64,000 nucleotides of DNA from Actinomycetota bacterium (GTDB lineage Bacteria; Actinomycetota; Acidimicrobiia; Spongiisociales; UBA4744), in NCBI GenBank assembly GCA_013152275.1, contig JAADGS010000026.1, positions 1-64,000 of the forward strand, in the 5' to 3' direction. The notes under the pieces are model-generated. The model was not told the DNA's origin. It did no database searches and was given only the letters and a program-made list of their open reading frames with translations. Of the stretch, positions 37,182-47,280 are shown in pieces. The position numbers were made by a program, and so were the translations under genes. Position 1 is the stretch's first letter. Each line of letters opens with the position of its first letter.

Positions 37182-37770
37182 GTGGGCACGGACGTTACCG
37201 ATGCGGAGTTGATCGAGGCGTCGTGGAGCGACGCGTCACGTTTCGGTGAAGTGTTTCGGCGCAACCACCGCCTCGTGTACGCGTACGCGGTGCGGGCGGT
37301 CGGCCCGTCGGACGGTCCGGATCTGGCCGCGGAGGTGTTCGTGCGCGCGTTCGAGTCGCGGCGACGTTACGACGTTGCGTATGTGAGTGCTCGCCCGTGG
37401 CTGTTGGGTATCGCCCCGCATCTGGTCGGCACCTACTACCGCAGCAAGGCTCGCGCTCGTCGGGCGAACCGCCGACTCGGCAACCCGGAGACCGTCCCGG
37501 ATCTTGCTTCCGATGCTGCCGGACGGGTCGATGCCGCGGCGGCGCGGGATGCGATCGGCGGGGCGTTGAGGGGGTTGCGGCGCGAAGAGGCAGAAGTGGT
37601 GTCGTTGTTCGTGTTCGCGGGTCTGTCGTATCGAGAGATCGCCGAGACGCTCCGGATCGCGGAGGGAACGGTGCGGTCACGGTTGAGCTGGGCCAGGGGG
37701 GAAACTTCGGAACCTGTTGGACGGTTTCGGCGAATTAGGTAGAGGCGAGTCAGATATGGGTACACCATGA
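37182..37770 (+). CDS. ECF sigma factor with a probable +1 frameshift near the 3' end
   Basis: DLAAEVFVRAF, ARPWLLGIA and LSYREIAETL.IAEGTVRSRL. Removing one G from the G6 run at 37696-37701 restores a C-terminus ending at 37770; as written the ORF stops at 37742. Confidence 0.85.
37709..37735 (+). promoter_or_regulatory. ECF promoter motif copy 2 (inside the sigma gene 3' end)
   Basis: GGAACC-N13-CGGCGAAT. Confidence 0.6.
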
Positions 37771-38753
37771 CACATCACGGCGGGGACCCGTTTGAGCTGC
37801 TTCGACGCTTGGGCGGTGATCCGGTTCCGACGGTCGAGGAGGAGCAGCGGGCTCGAGCCAGGCTGGTGGAAGCGATTGCAGGCGAACGGCCGGCGCGGCG
37901 AGGGTTTCGTCGAGTCCGTTGGCTGGTGCCGGCGTTGGCGGCTGCGGCACTGGCGATTGTCATAACCGGCGTGTTCGTGGCCCGTCCGAGTCCGGTGCAG
38001 GCAGTTTTCGATCAGATCGCGTTCGCGGCCCGTCTGGCAACACCGCAGGAGATCCCCGAAGGGTCGTTCCTGTATACGCGCTCCGTGAACGTCCAGCTCG
38101 CCATCACACAAGGCGACGTGTTGGGTCTCGCCCAGGAACATGCCGCTTATCTCGTGCCGACGACGCGAGAGTTCTGGCGCAACGACACCGGCTTCGTGCA
38201 GATGAGCACCACAACCCGTCGGCCTGCTTTCTTCAGCCCTGAGGTTGAGGCCGCCTACTACACACACGGCTTCGACAAGAGGGATCATATTGGCGAGACG
38301 TTGCCCCGGCAGTTCGTCGGTGTTACCGACTCGTACGGTGACGTCGAGTGGCCGACCGATCCCCGGCGACTTCGCGAGTCTCTCGAAGCCTACGTGAGGC
38401 AAGGCGGCAGCACGTTACCGCTGGACATCCAGGTCTTTGACCTTGCCACCGACCTGCTCCGAGAAGCCGACCCCGGACCTGACCTTCGGGCAGCACTCAT
38501 GCAAGTCTTCGCCCAACTCCCCGTCACGCTCGTCGATCAGGCACCCGACGGGTCGATCACCCTCGCGGTCACCTACAACCGACCGCCATCGATGCGAGAT
38601 ACGATCACTTTGGACGCTCGTGGACACCTCATCGCGAAAACCAGCACGCTGCTCGAAGACTATCTCGACCTTGGCATCCCTGCCGGGACCCAAATCAGCG
38701 CCTCCACCTACACCATCCCGACCATCGTCGACAACCTCGACACGAACCCGTGA
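37767..38753 (+). CDS. CU044_5270-family protein (putative anti-sigma)
   Basis: RARARLVEAI, one TM, FLYTRS, WPTDPRRL and PDLRAALMQVFAQLP; follows an ECF sigma. Confidence 0.75.
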   Translation: MTHHGGDPFELLRRLGGDPVPTVEEEQRARARLVEAIAGERPARRGFRRVRWLVPALAAAALAIVITGVFVARPSPVQAVFDQIAFAARLATPQEIPEGSFLYTRSVNVQLAITQGDVLGLAQEHAAYLVPTTREFWRNDTGFVQMSTTTRRPAFFSPEVEAAYYTHGFDKRDHIGETLPRQFVGVTDSYGDVEWPTDPRRLRESLEAYVRQGGSTLPLDIQVFDLATDLLREADPGPDLRAALMQVFAQLPVTLVDQAPDGSITLAVTYNRPPSMRDTITLDARGHLIAKTSTLLEDYLDLGIPAGTQISASTYTIPTIVDNLDTNP

Positions 38754-38775
38754 CGGCGTACCAGGGCCGACGGCG

Positions 38776-38804
38776 GGAACCCGAAAGCATCCTGCGGCGA
38801 ATAC
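38776..38804 (+). promoter_or_regulatory. ECF promoter motif copy 3
   Basis: GGAACC-N13-CGGCGAATAC. Confidence 0.65.
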
Positions 38805-38964
38805 ATCAATAGGTCCAGACACGAACTAGCGCAATGACATCCGAGGGTGATACTCGAGGGACGAAGCCAGGTGAACGGCGGTGCGCCAACCCGTCAAAGG
38901 CACAAGAGGGGATCTTCTGTAGCCGCCGGCTCGTCTAAGGAGGAGAAGAGGTGATGATCGCACA

Positions 38965-39363
38965 ATGGACATGCATCGCCGCCGCAAGCCGGTGAGCCTG
39001 AAATCCACCACCTGGTGGCGATTCCTCGTCACGGTGACTGTCGTGTTCGGGATGCTTGTGGCCTCTTGCGGATCGTCGCCTGCGTCCTCTCCGATCACTG
39101 TCGATGCCGAGACGGCGCACCAGTTGATGCTGACGGGCGTGAACATGACAGGTATCACCGCACCGACCGAAGAGTGGGTGCGGGTCGCCCGGCGCGGATG
39201 CGACAACGGCGCCTGGGACTGGACGGTCGCCAAAGAAGAGGGTGATGCTGCAACCGACGTCGTAGGCAAGCCGCTGCCTCCTGATGTTGTGTGGATTCTG
39301 ACGGTGATGGCATGCCACGATCTCGTACCCGCCACTGCGATCCGGCAAGGCCCTCCCTCGTGA
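38965..39363 (+). CDS. Small hypothetical lipoprotein
   Basis: Hydrophobic signal ending LVASC. Start uncertain. Confidence 0.55.
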   Translation: MDMHRRRKPVSLKSTTWWRFLVTVTVVFGMLVASCGSSPASSPITVDAETAHQLMLTGVNMTGITAPTEEWVRVARRGCDNGAWDWTVAKEEGDAATDVVGKPLPPDVVWILTVMACHDLVPATAIRQGPPS

Positions 39364-39396
39364 GCGGCCGGCTGCAACCCGTGGCGGGCATCCACC

Positions 39397-39515
39397 GCAT
39401 CTGGGCTGGATCACGGTCGCGTTCAGCGCCGGCGCCAAAGGCACGCGACGATGAGTTCGAAGGTGTGTTTCCCGATGCGGGGAACGGTCGTGGCCCCGGT
39501 CGATTGACGGTGTGG
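39397..39515 (+). pseudogene. Degenerate fragment paralogous to the 44514-45932 gene
   Basis: 39397-39426 matches 44816-44845 at 29/30 nt; similarity continues with indels. Confidence 0.7.
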
Positions 39516-39523
39516 AGCAAGTG

Positions 39524-40916
39524 ATGGACGATGTCGACAGAAGCCTGGGTGATCCGTTGGAGGAACACAAGCTGAGGGGATTGCCACCGATCGGGGGTGT
39601 CTTGTGGGTGATCGGATGGCTGGCCTTCGCTGTGATGGTGCTGTCGGCGTGCGTTACGGCGGAGACTCCGACGACACTCTCGAGTGAGGTTGCGACAACG
39701 ATTCTCGGGACCACTTCCACAACGTCGGCTCCGGCGATCACCACGACAGCGGTCCTGCCCACCACGACGTCGACGACATCGACGGTGGTGCTCGACACGA
39801 AGGAAGCGACCCGCCGCCTCGAGGGCCTTCTCGAACGAGCAGAGGGGATCGCGGCGGGTTCCGGGGATGTGGCGGCACTCGACGAGATCGCCAAGCAAGC
39901 CGGCCCTGGTATCCGACGAAGCAGCCGATCCCCGGTATGGGCCGACGATGGACACGGTGTGGGCTCTGATACGGGCAGGTCGTGACGGTCTGCGGATCGG
40001 ACCGCTGCTCGGCCCCGATACCGTCGTGCAGCTGCCCGGAGAGGGCGTGGCGGTCGACATTCATGGGCTCATCGTGCTCATCGATCTCGACGGGACCGTG
40101 ATGGGCCATCTCGATCGCTACCGGATCGACAACCGTTTCTTCGCTCCAGGCCCGATCGTGCTCCGAGACGCCGACGACGGCCTGTGGGTTCTCGACGGCG
40201 ACGGTCTCCGCGAGGGGGCCGGGGTGCCCCTCGCCGACGGCAACGTGCTCATCGTTGGTGACGACGGCTGGGAGATCCGTCGGGACGACACCGTGGTGTT
40301 CGCGGCCACCAACTGGACGTCTTTCGACATGTCTGCCCATCGGGACGTGGTCACCGCATTCGGGGACACTTCCATTGTCATTGATCTGACTGCCGAGTCT
40401 GAGATGACGCTGGCCGACGGATGTGACGTCATCGACCGGGCCGGCGGCCGGTTCTACCTCGCCTGTATGTCCTACGGTGCATCTTCCGGTGACCAGTCGG
40501 GCTCCGACATCTCGGAGATTCGGACGCTCGGCGGCGATGTGCTCGTGCCGAGTGCGGCGCGTGACTACGAGCTCCCCATGGGGCATTGGCGGTGGGGTGA
40601 GGTCTCTCCGGACGGGTCGGAACTGCTATTGCAGTGGAGCGCCGAGTGTGAGATACCGGTGGCGTTCTTCGCTCCGGCATCAGGCGGAGATCCTGTCGGC
40701 TACGACGGCTCGGCCGATTGGTCGCAGACACCGGAGTCGTTCGGTCTCGGATGGACCTCGGACGGTCACGCACTGGTCCTCGCGTGGGGGGAGGGGATAT
40801 GCGGTGCTGCGGCCGACGCTCCGGGCGTGTACCTCATGGACGGGCCTGGTGACGGTCGACTCCTCTACCAGGTCGACGGTTCACCGGATGCTCGCCTATG
40901 GAGGGATCGGGACTGA
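39524..40916 (+). pseudogene. Frameshifted lipoprotein with beta-propeller-like C-terminus
   Basis: Lipobox VLSAC and Thr-rich linker in one frame; the body (…VSPDGSELLLQW…) is in the +1 frame, with the junction near 39900. Confidence 0.6.
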
Positions 40917-41064
40917 GTGGAGCTTGTGTGTGTGCGACTCTCGTGTCCGGCGCCAGAGAGCGGGAGCTTGAACAGAAGCACGTCTGCCAGGGAACGGCTC
41001 GATTCCATGTGTAACCGAGAATCATGGCACCAGGTACTATGAGAGGCATAGGCGAGGAGCGAAT

Positions 41065-41484
41065 ATGACCGATGACGCCAAGAGCCTGGATGAGTTGTTG
41101 GCCGAACTCGCGGAGGTGCAGCAGCGCCTGCTCGAGTTGTCGTCCGACGCGTTTGGGGAGCGGTTCGAACTTCAGAAACGCCAGGATGTTCTGCGGGAGC
41201 AGACCGCCAGGTTCGCCCGCGACTGGGACCTGGACCGGTCCGGCGAAGATCTTCTGACCGAGTTGGCGTCGCTGCGGGAACGTTTGGGCCAGTTGGACCG
41301 TCAGAAGATCGACGTGGTAACCCAGGGTGGGGCCGGTACGGCCGCTCCCGCCGGCGACGGTTGGGGTGCGGTGCAGCTCAATCAAGCCATGGGTGCCGCG
41401 CAGGGGGCCGGTGAACTGCATGCGAGGATCGGGCGTATCAAAGCGATCCTCACCGACCGGGGCATCGACCCTGATGGCGAGTAG
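41065..41484 (+). CDS. Hypothetical coiled-coil protein (paralog 2)
   Basis: Shares LREQTARFARDWDLDRS and ARIGRIKAILTDRG with 28767-29192. Confidence 0.8.
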   Translation: MTDDAKSLDELLAELAEVQQRLLELSSDAFGERFELQKRQDVLREQTARFARDWDLDRSGEDLLTELASLRERLGQLDRQKIDVVTQGGAGTAAPAGDGWGAVQLNQAMGAAQGAGELHARIGRIKAILTDRGIDPDGE

Positions 41485-41550
41485 GGAGCGGAGAGGTATG
41501 CCCGTGCATCGAGATGGCGGCGACGGTTGCGGATCGTGGGCGCCGTCCAG

Positions 41551-41579
41551 GGAACCGATACCGGGTGTCCGGCGAATAC
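41551..41579 (+). promoter_or_regulatory. ECF promoter motif copy 4
   Basis: GGAACC-N13-CGGCGAATAC. Confidence 0.65.
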
Positions 41580-41784
41580 TTGGGTGAAGGGAGATACAGA
41601 CGTTGACGTTCGTCGGCAGGAATCTGGGCCGTGGCGATCGTGTCGGGCCGGAGCAGACCGAGTGGGGGACGACATGAACAGGGCACGCGCTTCACGAAGG
41701 GGAGATCATCTGGCGGGCGCGGTTGTTGTGGCGCCGGCGGCCAGGGGGCACAAGGTGAAGCTTGGTCGGGGTGATACGGGTCGG

Positions 41785-43551
41785 GTGAGGCTTCTTGCGG
41801 GCGCCGGGTCCATTCGGGCACGATCGCTGGTCGCTCTGGCGGTCGTGTCCATGCTTGCTGCCGGCTGTGCTTCGGCCGAGAGCGTGCCGCCTGCGACGGG
41901 GCCGGCTTCGGTCGCTTCGATGACCACGCTACCTGTGACCACGACCTCCACGATGGCCACAACGCACCCTTCCATCTCCACGACGACACCATTACCGGTG
42001 ATCGGTCGGTGGGAGTCGATGCCGGCCGGCCTGGTTGCGCGGTCTGGGCATGTGTCGGTGTGGACCGGTCGAGAGTTGTTGGTGTGGGGGAACCCGCTGG
42101 GCCCGGTGGAGACGCAGGCGACGGGTGACATCTATGACCCGTCAAGAGGTGTGTGGCGTCCGATGTCGGCTGCACCGGAGGCACGCAGGGCCCCGGCTGC
42201 GGTGTGGACCGGCACCCGGATGCTCATCTGGGGCGGCGATCGCACGATGGGCGACTCGACGGTGCCTGATCTGGCGAATGACGGGTTCGCGTACGATTCG
42301 GCCACCGACACCTGGAGTCCGATCCCTGCAGCGCCGATCGGCGGACGCTCGTCCATGTTCAATGTGTGGACCGGCACCGAACTGGTCGTCTGGGGTGGCA
42401 TGGTCGAGCGCGACGGGATGCAGGTCGCCGACGACGACGGTGCCGCCTATGACCCGGCGACAAACACGTGGCGTGTCCTGGCGCCGTCTCCGTTGGGTGG
42501 GAAGGACCCTGGGGTTGGGGTGTGGACGGGACGAGAGATGATCATCGGTGGGGCCGGTGACGCCACCGACGGTGACCTGGGCTGGGCATCCTACGACCCG
42601 GTTACCGACACGTGGGTCAAGATCCCCGATCCGCCCGGTGTCCGCTCGAGCTTGGTGTATGTGGGTGTGTGGACCGGCACCGAGGTGCTTTTCTCGCCCC
42701 ACGGGGTTCCCGACCAGCCGGCACCGTTGGCTGCATATAACCCGGATCTGGGTGAGTGGCGCCTCACGGCACTACCCCCGGTGAACCTCTCGACGGTTCC
42801 GGCAGTGTGGACCGGCACCAAGGTCGTCTTTTGGGGACACACTGTGGCAGGCATGCCTGGGGTAGCCCCGATGGTCGGTGTGGCGTACGATCCGGCCACC
42901 GACACGTGGGACCGTCTCGCACCCGACAGTCTCGGGACCCGTTGGGTTGGCGGTCTCATAGCCACCGGTGAGGGTGTCATCGTCTGGGGAGGCCACTCAT
43001 ACAAACAATACGGAGCCTCCCCCATACCCCTCCACGACGACGGCTCGATCCTGGTGCTCCCGCCGTCGACGACGCCCGTAGCCACGACCGAACCTCCCGG
43101 GTCGACGACGACTTCGGTCGCCACGGGCACAGGTCGGGCCGAGACCGTTCTGGATCGGATCACCAAGGTGGTGCTGACCCTTGACGGTTTCGACGATCCT
43201 GGTTGGGATTTGCCACACGGTGCACCCTATTCGGCGGTGGTGTATTCGCGGAACGGCGACCTTGAAGCCCTCTGGGCGTTCTACGACCCTGCTCCGGTAG
43301 CACCTTCTGGGTTTCTGTTCGGACTCGATCAGATGCCCGACGGTGACGTGGTGCAGACGGACGTCGGACCGGTCACCGTGTGGGATGCCGCAACCATCGG
43401 ACGAGTGAGCGGAGGCGCCGCCAGCCTGCGACAACTCTGTGGCGCATACCAGATCTGGACGGATTCGTTCGCGTCACAGGAGACTGCCGTTGAGGACCTT
43501 GTCGCGGTCGCACGGGCGATCGACTGTGCTGTCGTGGCTGACGGTCCATAG
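41785..43551 (+). CDS. Kelch/galactose-oxidase-type beta-propeller lipoprotein
   Basis: Lipobox AAGC and six VWTG...WGG...YDP.T.TW repeats. Start uncertain (in-frame GTG also at 41584). Confidence 0.85.
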   Translation: MRLLAGAGSIRARSLVALAVVSMLAAGCASAESVPPATGPASVASMTTLPVTTTSTMATTHPSISTTTPLPVIGRWESMPAGLVARSGHVSVWTGRELLVWGNPLGPVETQATGDIYDPSRGVWRPMSAAPEARRAPAAVWTGTRMLIWGGDRTMGDSTVPDLANDGFAYDSATDTWSPIPAAPIGGRSSMFNVWTGTELVVWGGMVERDGMQVADDDGAAYDPATNTWRVLAPSPLGGKDPGVGVWTGREMIIGGAGDATDGDLGWASYDPVTDTWVKIPDPPGVRSSLVYVGVWTGTEVLFSPHGVPDQPAPLAAYNPDLGEWRLTALPPVNLSTVPAVWTGTKVVFWGHTVAGMPGVAPMVGVAYDPATDTWDRLAPDSLGTRWVGGLIATGEGVIVWGGHSYKQYGASPIPLHDDGSILVLPPSTTPVATTEPPGSTTTSVATGTGRAETVLDRITKVVLTLDGFDDPGWDLPHGAPYSAVVYSRNGDLEALWAFYDPAPVAPSGFLFGLDQMPDGDVVQTDVGPVTVWDAATIGRVSGGAASLRQLCGAYQIWTDSFASQETAVEDLVAVARAIDCAVVADGP

Positions 43552-43879
43552 GTGAGCGGGTCATGTCCAGCTACGAACAGGAGACTCCGCTGGAAGTGCT
43601 GACGAATACGAGATACCTTCTCCATCCACACGTGGCTGCAACTCTCAGGGCGATGGAGCTCTTCCCTCTCGCGAGTGGGGACCGCTGTGGAATCGCGCCT
43701 CTGATGCCACGCAGTCCATCAACGGGGAAGAGCCGGCTGCATGGCGGCAAAACGGGTCTCGCGGCCTGTCCTCGCCGTGCCGTCAACGGCATGCGAACTC
43801 AGATCTGCGACCCGACTCCCGGTAAGTGTGCGCCACGACTGCCCGCTTCAACGCCTGCCAGGCCCCTGGACGGTTGGTC

Positions 43880-44473
43880 ATGTTGAGGTTCATCCGGCCG
43901 AGGATCAAGCTGTTCTCAGTCGCGGTTCTCGTGTCTGTGACCACGATCGTGTCTGCCGGGTGCAGTCCGCAAAGTTCACCGGNNNNNNNNNNNNNNNNNN
44001 NNNNNNNNNNNNNNNNNNNNNNNNNNNNGGGTGTGGTCTCTGGTCCGGTGTCATCCGATATCGAACAGGGCTCTGCCGTTTCTGAGCTGGGCGACGGCAG
44101 CGGCGCTCGGCAGGTCGACTGGGCCGGCTCACCGTTCGTCGGACCTTCCGAGCAGCTCTCACCTGTCGCGTTCGCCTCTGTCACTTCCGCCTTGCCGTAC
44201 GGTGCCGTCGATCCGGGTGCCATTCCTGGTCCGTATGTCATCTACCGGATGGGGGACCAGATAGCGTTCGTGGGTACCGACCCGATCGTGTGCGTCATCC
44301 AGTCCCCAACCGGCTCCGCAGCCACTCTTGGGTTGGATGCGTCCGACCCTACCTATCGTGACGCTGCCGGCCTCGGTACCGAGGTCTGGAACATCACGCA
44401 TCCCGACGTCCACGTGTTCGACGACGAACTCACTATCACCATGCGAGGGCTCACCCCTGATGAAGACGTCTGA
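43880..44473 (+). CDS. Hypothetical lipoprotein interrupted by an assembly gap
   Basis: Signal ...VTTIVSAGC. Continuity across the Ns is unverified. Confidence 0.45.
   Translation: MLRFIRPRIKLFSVAVLVSVTTIVSAGCSPQSSPXXXXXXXXXXXXXXXXGVVSGPVSSDIEQGSAVSELGDGSGARQVDWAGSPFVGPSEQLSPVAFASVTSALPYGAVDPGAIPGPYVIYRMGDQIAFVGTDPIVCVIQSPTGSAATLGLDASDPTYRDAAGLGTEVWNITHPDVHVFDDELTITMRGLTPDEDV
43983..44028. other. Assembly gap (46 N)
   Basis: Run of N in the sequence. Confidence 1.
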
Positions 44474-44513
44474 AGAAGCAAGCAAAACGTCATTTCCCAA
44501 AGGAGAGAATGAG

Positions 44514-45932
44514 ATGGCTCGGGTTGGAGGACGGATGCGTCGTTTGACCGTCGTGATCGTGATGGCGGTGATCGCGACGAGCTGTGGCGGTTTCGGGTCG
44601 GGTCCCGGCACGTCTGCTCCGGCGGGTCCGTCGGCTGTTCGGGCCGTTTCGGATGCCGGTGGTGTGCCTCTCTGCGACCAGCTTGTTCGTAGCAGTGCGC
44701 CTGCCGGGTGGTATCGGGACGCGCCGATCTATGTGGCGAACGAGATGCCCGTCCAAGCAGTTCGGGCGTGGGCGGAGACCAAACCCGGGTTTGAGGCGAT
44801 CTGGGTCGATCGGGAGCATCTGGGTTGGATCACGGTCGCGTTCAGTACCGACGCCGAGGCACGCCAACGTGAGCTGGAGCGGACGTTCCCCGATGTGGGG
44901 GCGGTCGTGGTTCCGGTCGGATGGACGATGGCGGGCTTGGAGGCGTTGCAGCGCAGAGTCATCGACGAGCTTGGCCCGCTGTTTCCTTCGTCTTCTTCGG
45001 GAATCTCGATCACCAAGGGTGTGGTCGATATCGGTGTCGGGGTGTTGACACAAGAGCGGCTCGATGCGATCGATGAGCGGTTCGCGGGGGAGCGGGTTTG
45101 TGTTTCCGGTGGCGATCCGGCCGACGCCCCGGTGGCCGGCCCTCAACCGTCTGGTGGGGACGGGTGGCGGCTGTTGGCCGACGAGGCCGGCGTCGGTGAG
45201 GTGTACCGGACGGGGATCGCTACCGACACGGAGTCCTACGAGCGGCTGTGGGATCAGGTCGGACTCTCCGGCGATGCCCCCACGGTCGACTTCACGTCCC
45301 AGGTCGTGATCTGGTTCGGGGCGGTGTTCGGTTCGAGCTGTCCGAACATCCGCCTCGATGATGTCGTCGTCGACCGCGACCGCGCGCTCGTCTACGCCAA
45401 GATCGTCCTGGTGGACTCGCCGGCGGCCTGCACCGCTGACGCCAACCCGCACGCCTACCTGGTGGCGGTCGACCGGTCGGTGCTGCCGGTGGGTCGCTTC
45501 GCGATCCAACTCGACGCGGACGGTCCACCGTCCGGGTTTCCTGGGGAGCGCACCATCGTCGATACCGACCTCTCGCAAGCGGGTGCGGTCGCTGCCCTCG
45601 GCCAGATCGGATCTGACCCTGCCCTCCCCGAACTGCGTTTCCTCGAGTCTGGGGGGATCATCGAACCGGGGATCGACACCGTGTACCGGTTCGACACCCG
45701 CTGCGGTGTGGCGTGGCTCGGTCGCCTCAACGACGTGTCCTGGCACACCGACAGCCCCGAAGCGGCCGGCGGTGTCATTCCCGCTGCGTGGCAAGACGCC
45801 ATCGACGACGAGGGTTTCGTCGACGCGTCCGTCGTGTTGACCGTCACGCCGGAACCTAGGATCGCCGCCACCGTCAACGGCCAATCCGTCATCTACACGG
45901 CGACGGCCAAAGCCGTCCCGACCTGCCCATAG
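44514..45932 (+). CDS. Hypothetical lipoprotein (central PrcB-C-like segment)
   Basis: Signal RRLTVVIVMAVIATSC; VDFTSQVVIWFG...SSCP...CTADANPHAYLVAVDR. Confidence 0.75.
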   Translation: MARVGGRMRRLTVVIVMAVIATSCGGFGSGPGTSAPAGPSAVRAVSDAGGVPLCDQLVRSSAPAGWYRDAPIYVANEMPVQAVRAWAETKPGFEAIWVDREHLGWITVAFSTDAEARQRELERTFPDVGAVVVPVGWTMAGLEALQRRVIDELGPLFPSSSSGISITKGVVDIGVGVLTQERLDAIDERFAGERVCVSGGDPADAPVAGPQPSGGDGWRLLADEAGVGEVYRTGIATDTESYERLWDQVGLSGDAPTVDFTSQVVIWFGAVFGSSCPNIRLDDVVVDRDRALVYAKIVLVDSPAACTADANPHAYLVAVDRSVLPVGRFAIQLDADGPPSGFPGERTIVDTDLSQAGAVAALGQIGSDPALPELRFLESGGIIEPGIDTVYRFDTRCGVAWLGRLNDVSWHTDSPEAAGGVIPAAWQDAIDDEGFVDASVVLTVTPEPRIAATVNGQSVIYTATAKAVPTCP

Positions 45933-45963
45933 GGGACCCGGACCTTCGATCCGAGCGGGACCG

Positions 45964-45991
45964 CGAGAAGGCCCCCGAAGGGGCCCTCTCG
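45964..45991. terminator. Hairpin between the convergent lipoprotein gene and rnpB
   Basis: CGAGAAGGCCCC-CGAA-GGGGCCCTCTCG. Confidence 0.6.
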
Positions 45992-45994
45992 ATG

Positions 45995-46333
45995 GCGAGT
46001 CCGCCTGTAAGCCGGATTCTGTCCCGGGTCTCCCCGGGGACGGCCATCTATCTGGGACCGATGTTGCCACCGGCCTCGTGCGGCCTACCTGGAACATAAC
46101 GGACGGGCAACCTCGTTCCTGCTTGGCCTTGCTCCGGGTGGGGTTTGCCGAGCCGCCCCGGTCACCCGGGACGCTGGTGGTCTCTTACACCACCGTTTCA
46201 CCCTTACCTTTCGGCGGTCTGTTCTCTGTGGCACTTTCCGTCGGGTCACCCCGCCTGGGCGTTACCCAGCACCCTGCCCTGTGGAGTCCGGACTTTCCTC
46301 AGGTCGAAACCCGCGGCCGTCCGGCGAACTCAC
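45995..46333 (-). ncRNA. rnpB: RNase P RNA, bacterial type A
   Basis: Minus strand has GAGGAAAGTCCGGACTCC near the 5' end, GGAAAGTGCCACAGA, GGGTGAAACGGTGGTGTAAGAG, and ACAGAATCCGGCTTACAG near the 3' end. The ends pair (GTGAGTTCGCC / GGCGGACTCGC). Confidence 0.97.
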
Positions 46334-46682
46334 GACAAATCGTACCCGAGTGGAGGAGATTCCGCCGATCTGAAACCACCCAGGGGGAGTGTGAGTCAAA
46401 GCGTCCGAGAAACGAGCCATCAACATACGAGCGGTTCCTTCCTTCTCGTGGCCGTTGCTCGGTTGTGGGGAAGTCGTCGTCCCACAGCCCTCCAGAGACG
46501 TGGATGCCGGGATCATATCCCGGCATCCACGCGCGAAGAGGGGCCTCGTTGCATCCACGACAGGTGGGCCCGTTGTCGAACGAGGGGAGATGGCTTGGCT
46601 GCTGCATCGCCTGTTTCATGCCGAACGACCCGCAGCCCTGTGGTCGGGCGATCGAGGGCCGAAGTTCGTCACCGTCACTTCT

Positions 46683-47144
46683 TCAGAACAGCGGCTCCTC
46701 GACGTACTCTTCGAGGCCTGCGACCCAGCCCATCGGCAGCTTCCAGTACCGGCCACCGTCGACGACCAGGCGCATGTAATCACGGCACGGCGTGAGCTCA
46801 CCGTTGGGGGCGCCCTTGTGAACATGGGTGACGACCGGATGACGATGCCCCTCGCGATCTACCGCCTTGAACGCCTCTGATCGCTCCCTCCCCTCGGACT
46901 TCTCCGATTCGTCGAGACTGGCGAGTGCCTCGACCGGGATCTCGAACACCGCGCCCCACACCGTGTTGCCGGGCTCGGGTTTCACCGATGGCAGACCGCC
47001 GTCCCACGTGCCGTTCTGGTGGGGGAAAACGAGGCGAGTTTCGGGAAGGTGGGCGATGAACCTGAACTGTGCTTCCGGGACGACGTCGAGGATGCGCCGT
47101 GGGGACAGAAGAGCGGCATAGGCAAAATACAGCGTTGTCTGCAC
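46683..47144 (-). CDS. Gamma-glutamylcyclotransferase family protein
   Basis: LYFAY, VWGAVFEI, LDESE and YMRLVVDG pattern. Confidence 0.8.
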   Translation of the reverse strand: MQTTLYFAYAALLSPRRILDVVPEAQFRFIAHLPETRLVFPHQNGTWDGGLPSVKPEPGNTVWGAVFEIPVEALASLDESEKSEGRERSEAFKAVDREGHRHPVVTHVHKGAPNGELTPCRDYMRLVVDGGRYWKLPMGWVAGLEEYVEEPLF

Positions 47145-47280
47145 TCGATCTCCTCACCGGTTACGGGGGTGTCAGCTTAGTGAATCGGAATCCCGCGGGT
47201 CTTTCCGAGGGGGAACTTCATCGCGTCTGAGGGCGTCAGAGGGATGAAGAAGACGGCCGAAGGCGTTATAAGTGATGAAC

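Noticed and set aside
46078..46795. ORFs overlapping rnpB
   Set aside because: The region is explained by the RNase P RNA and intergenic sequence.
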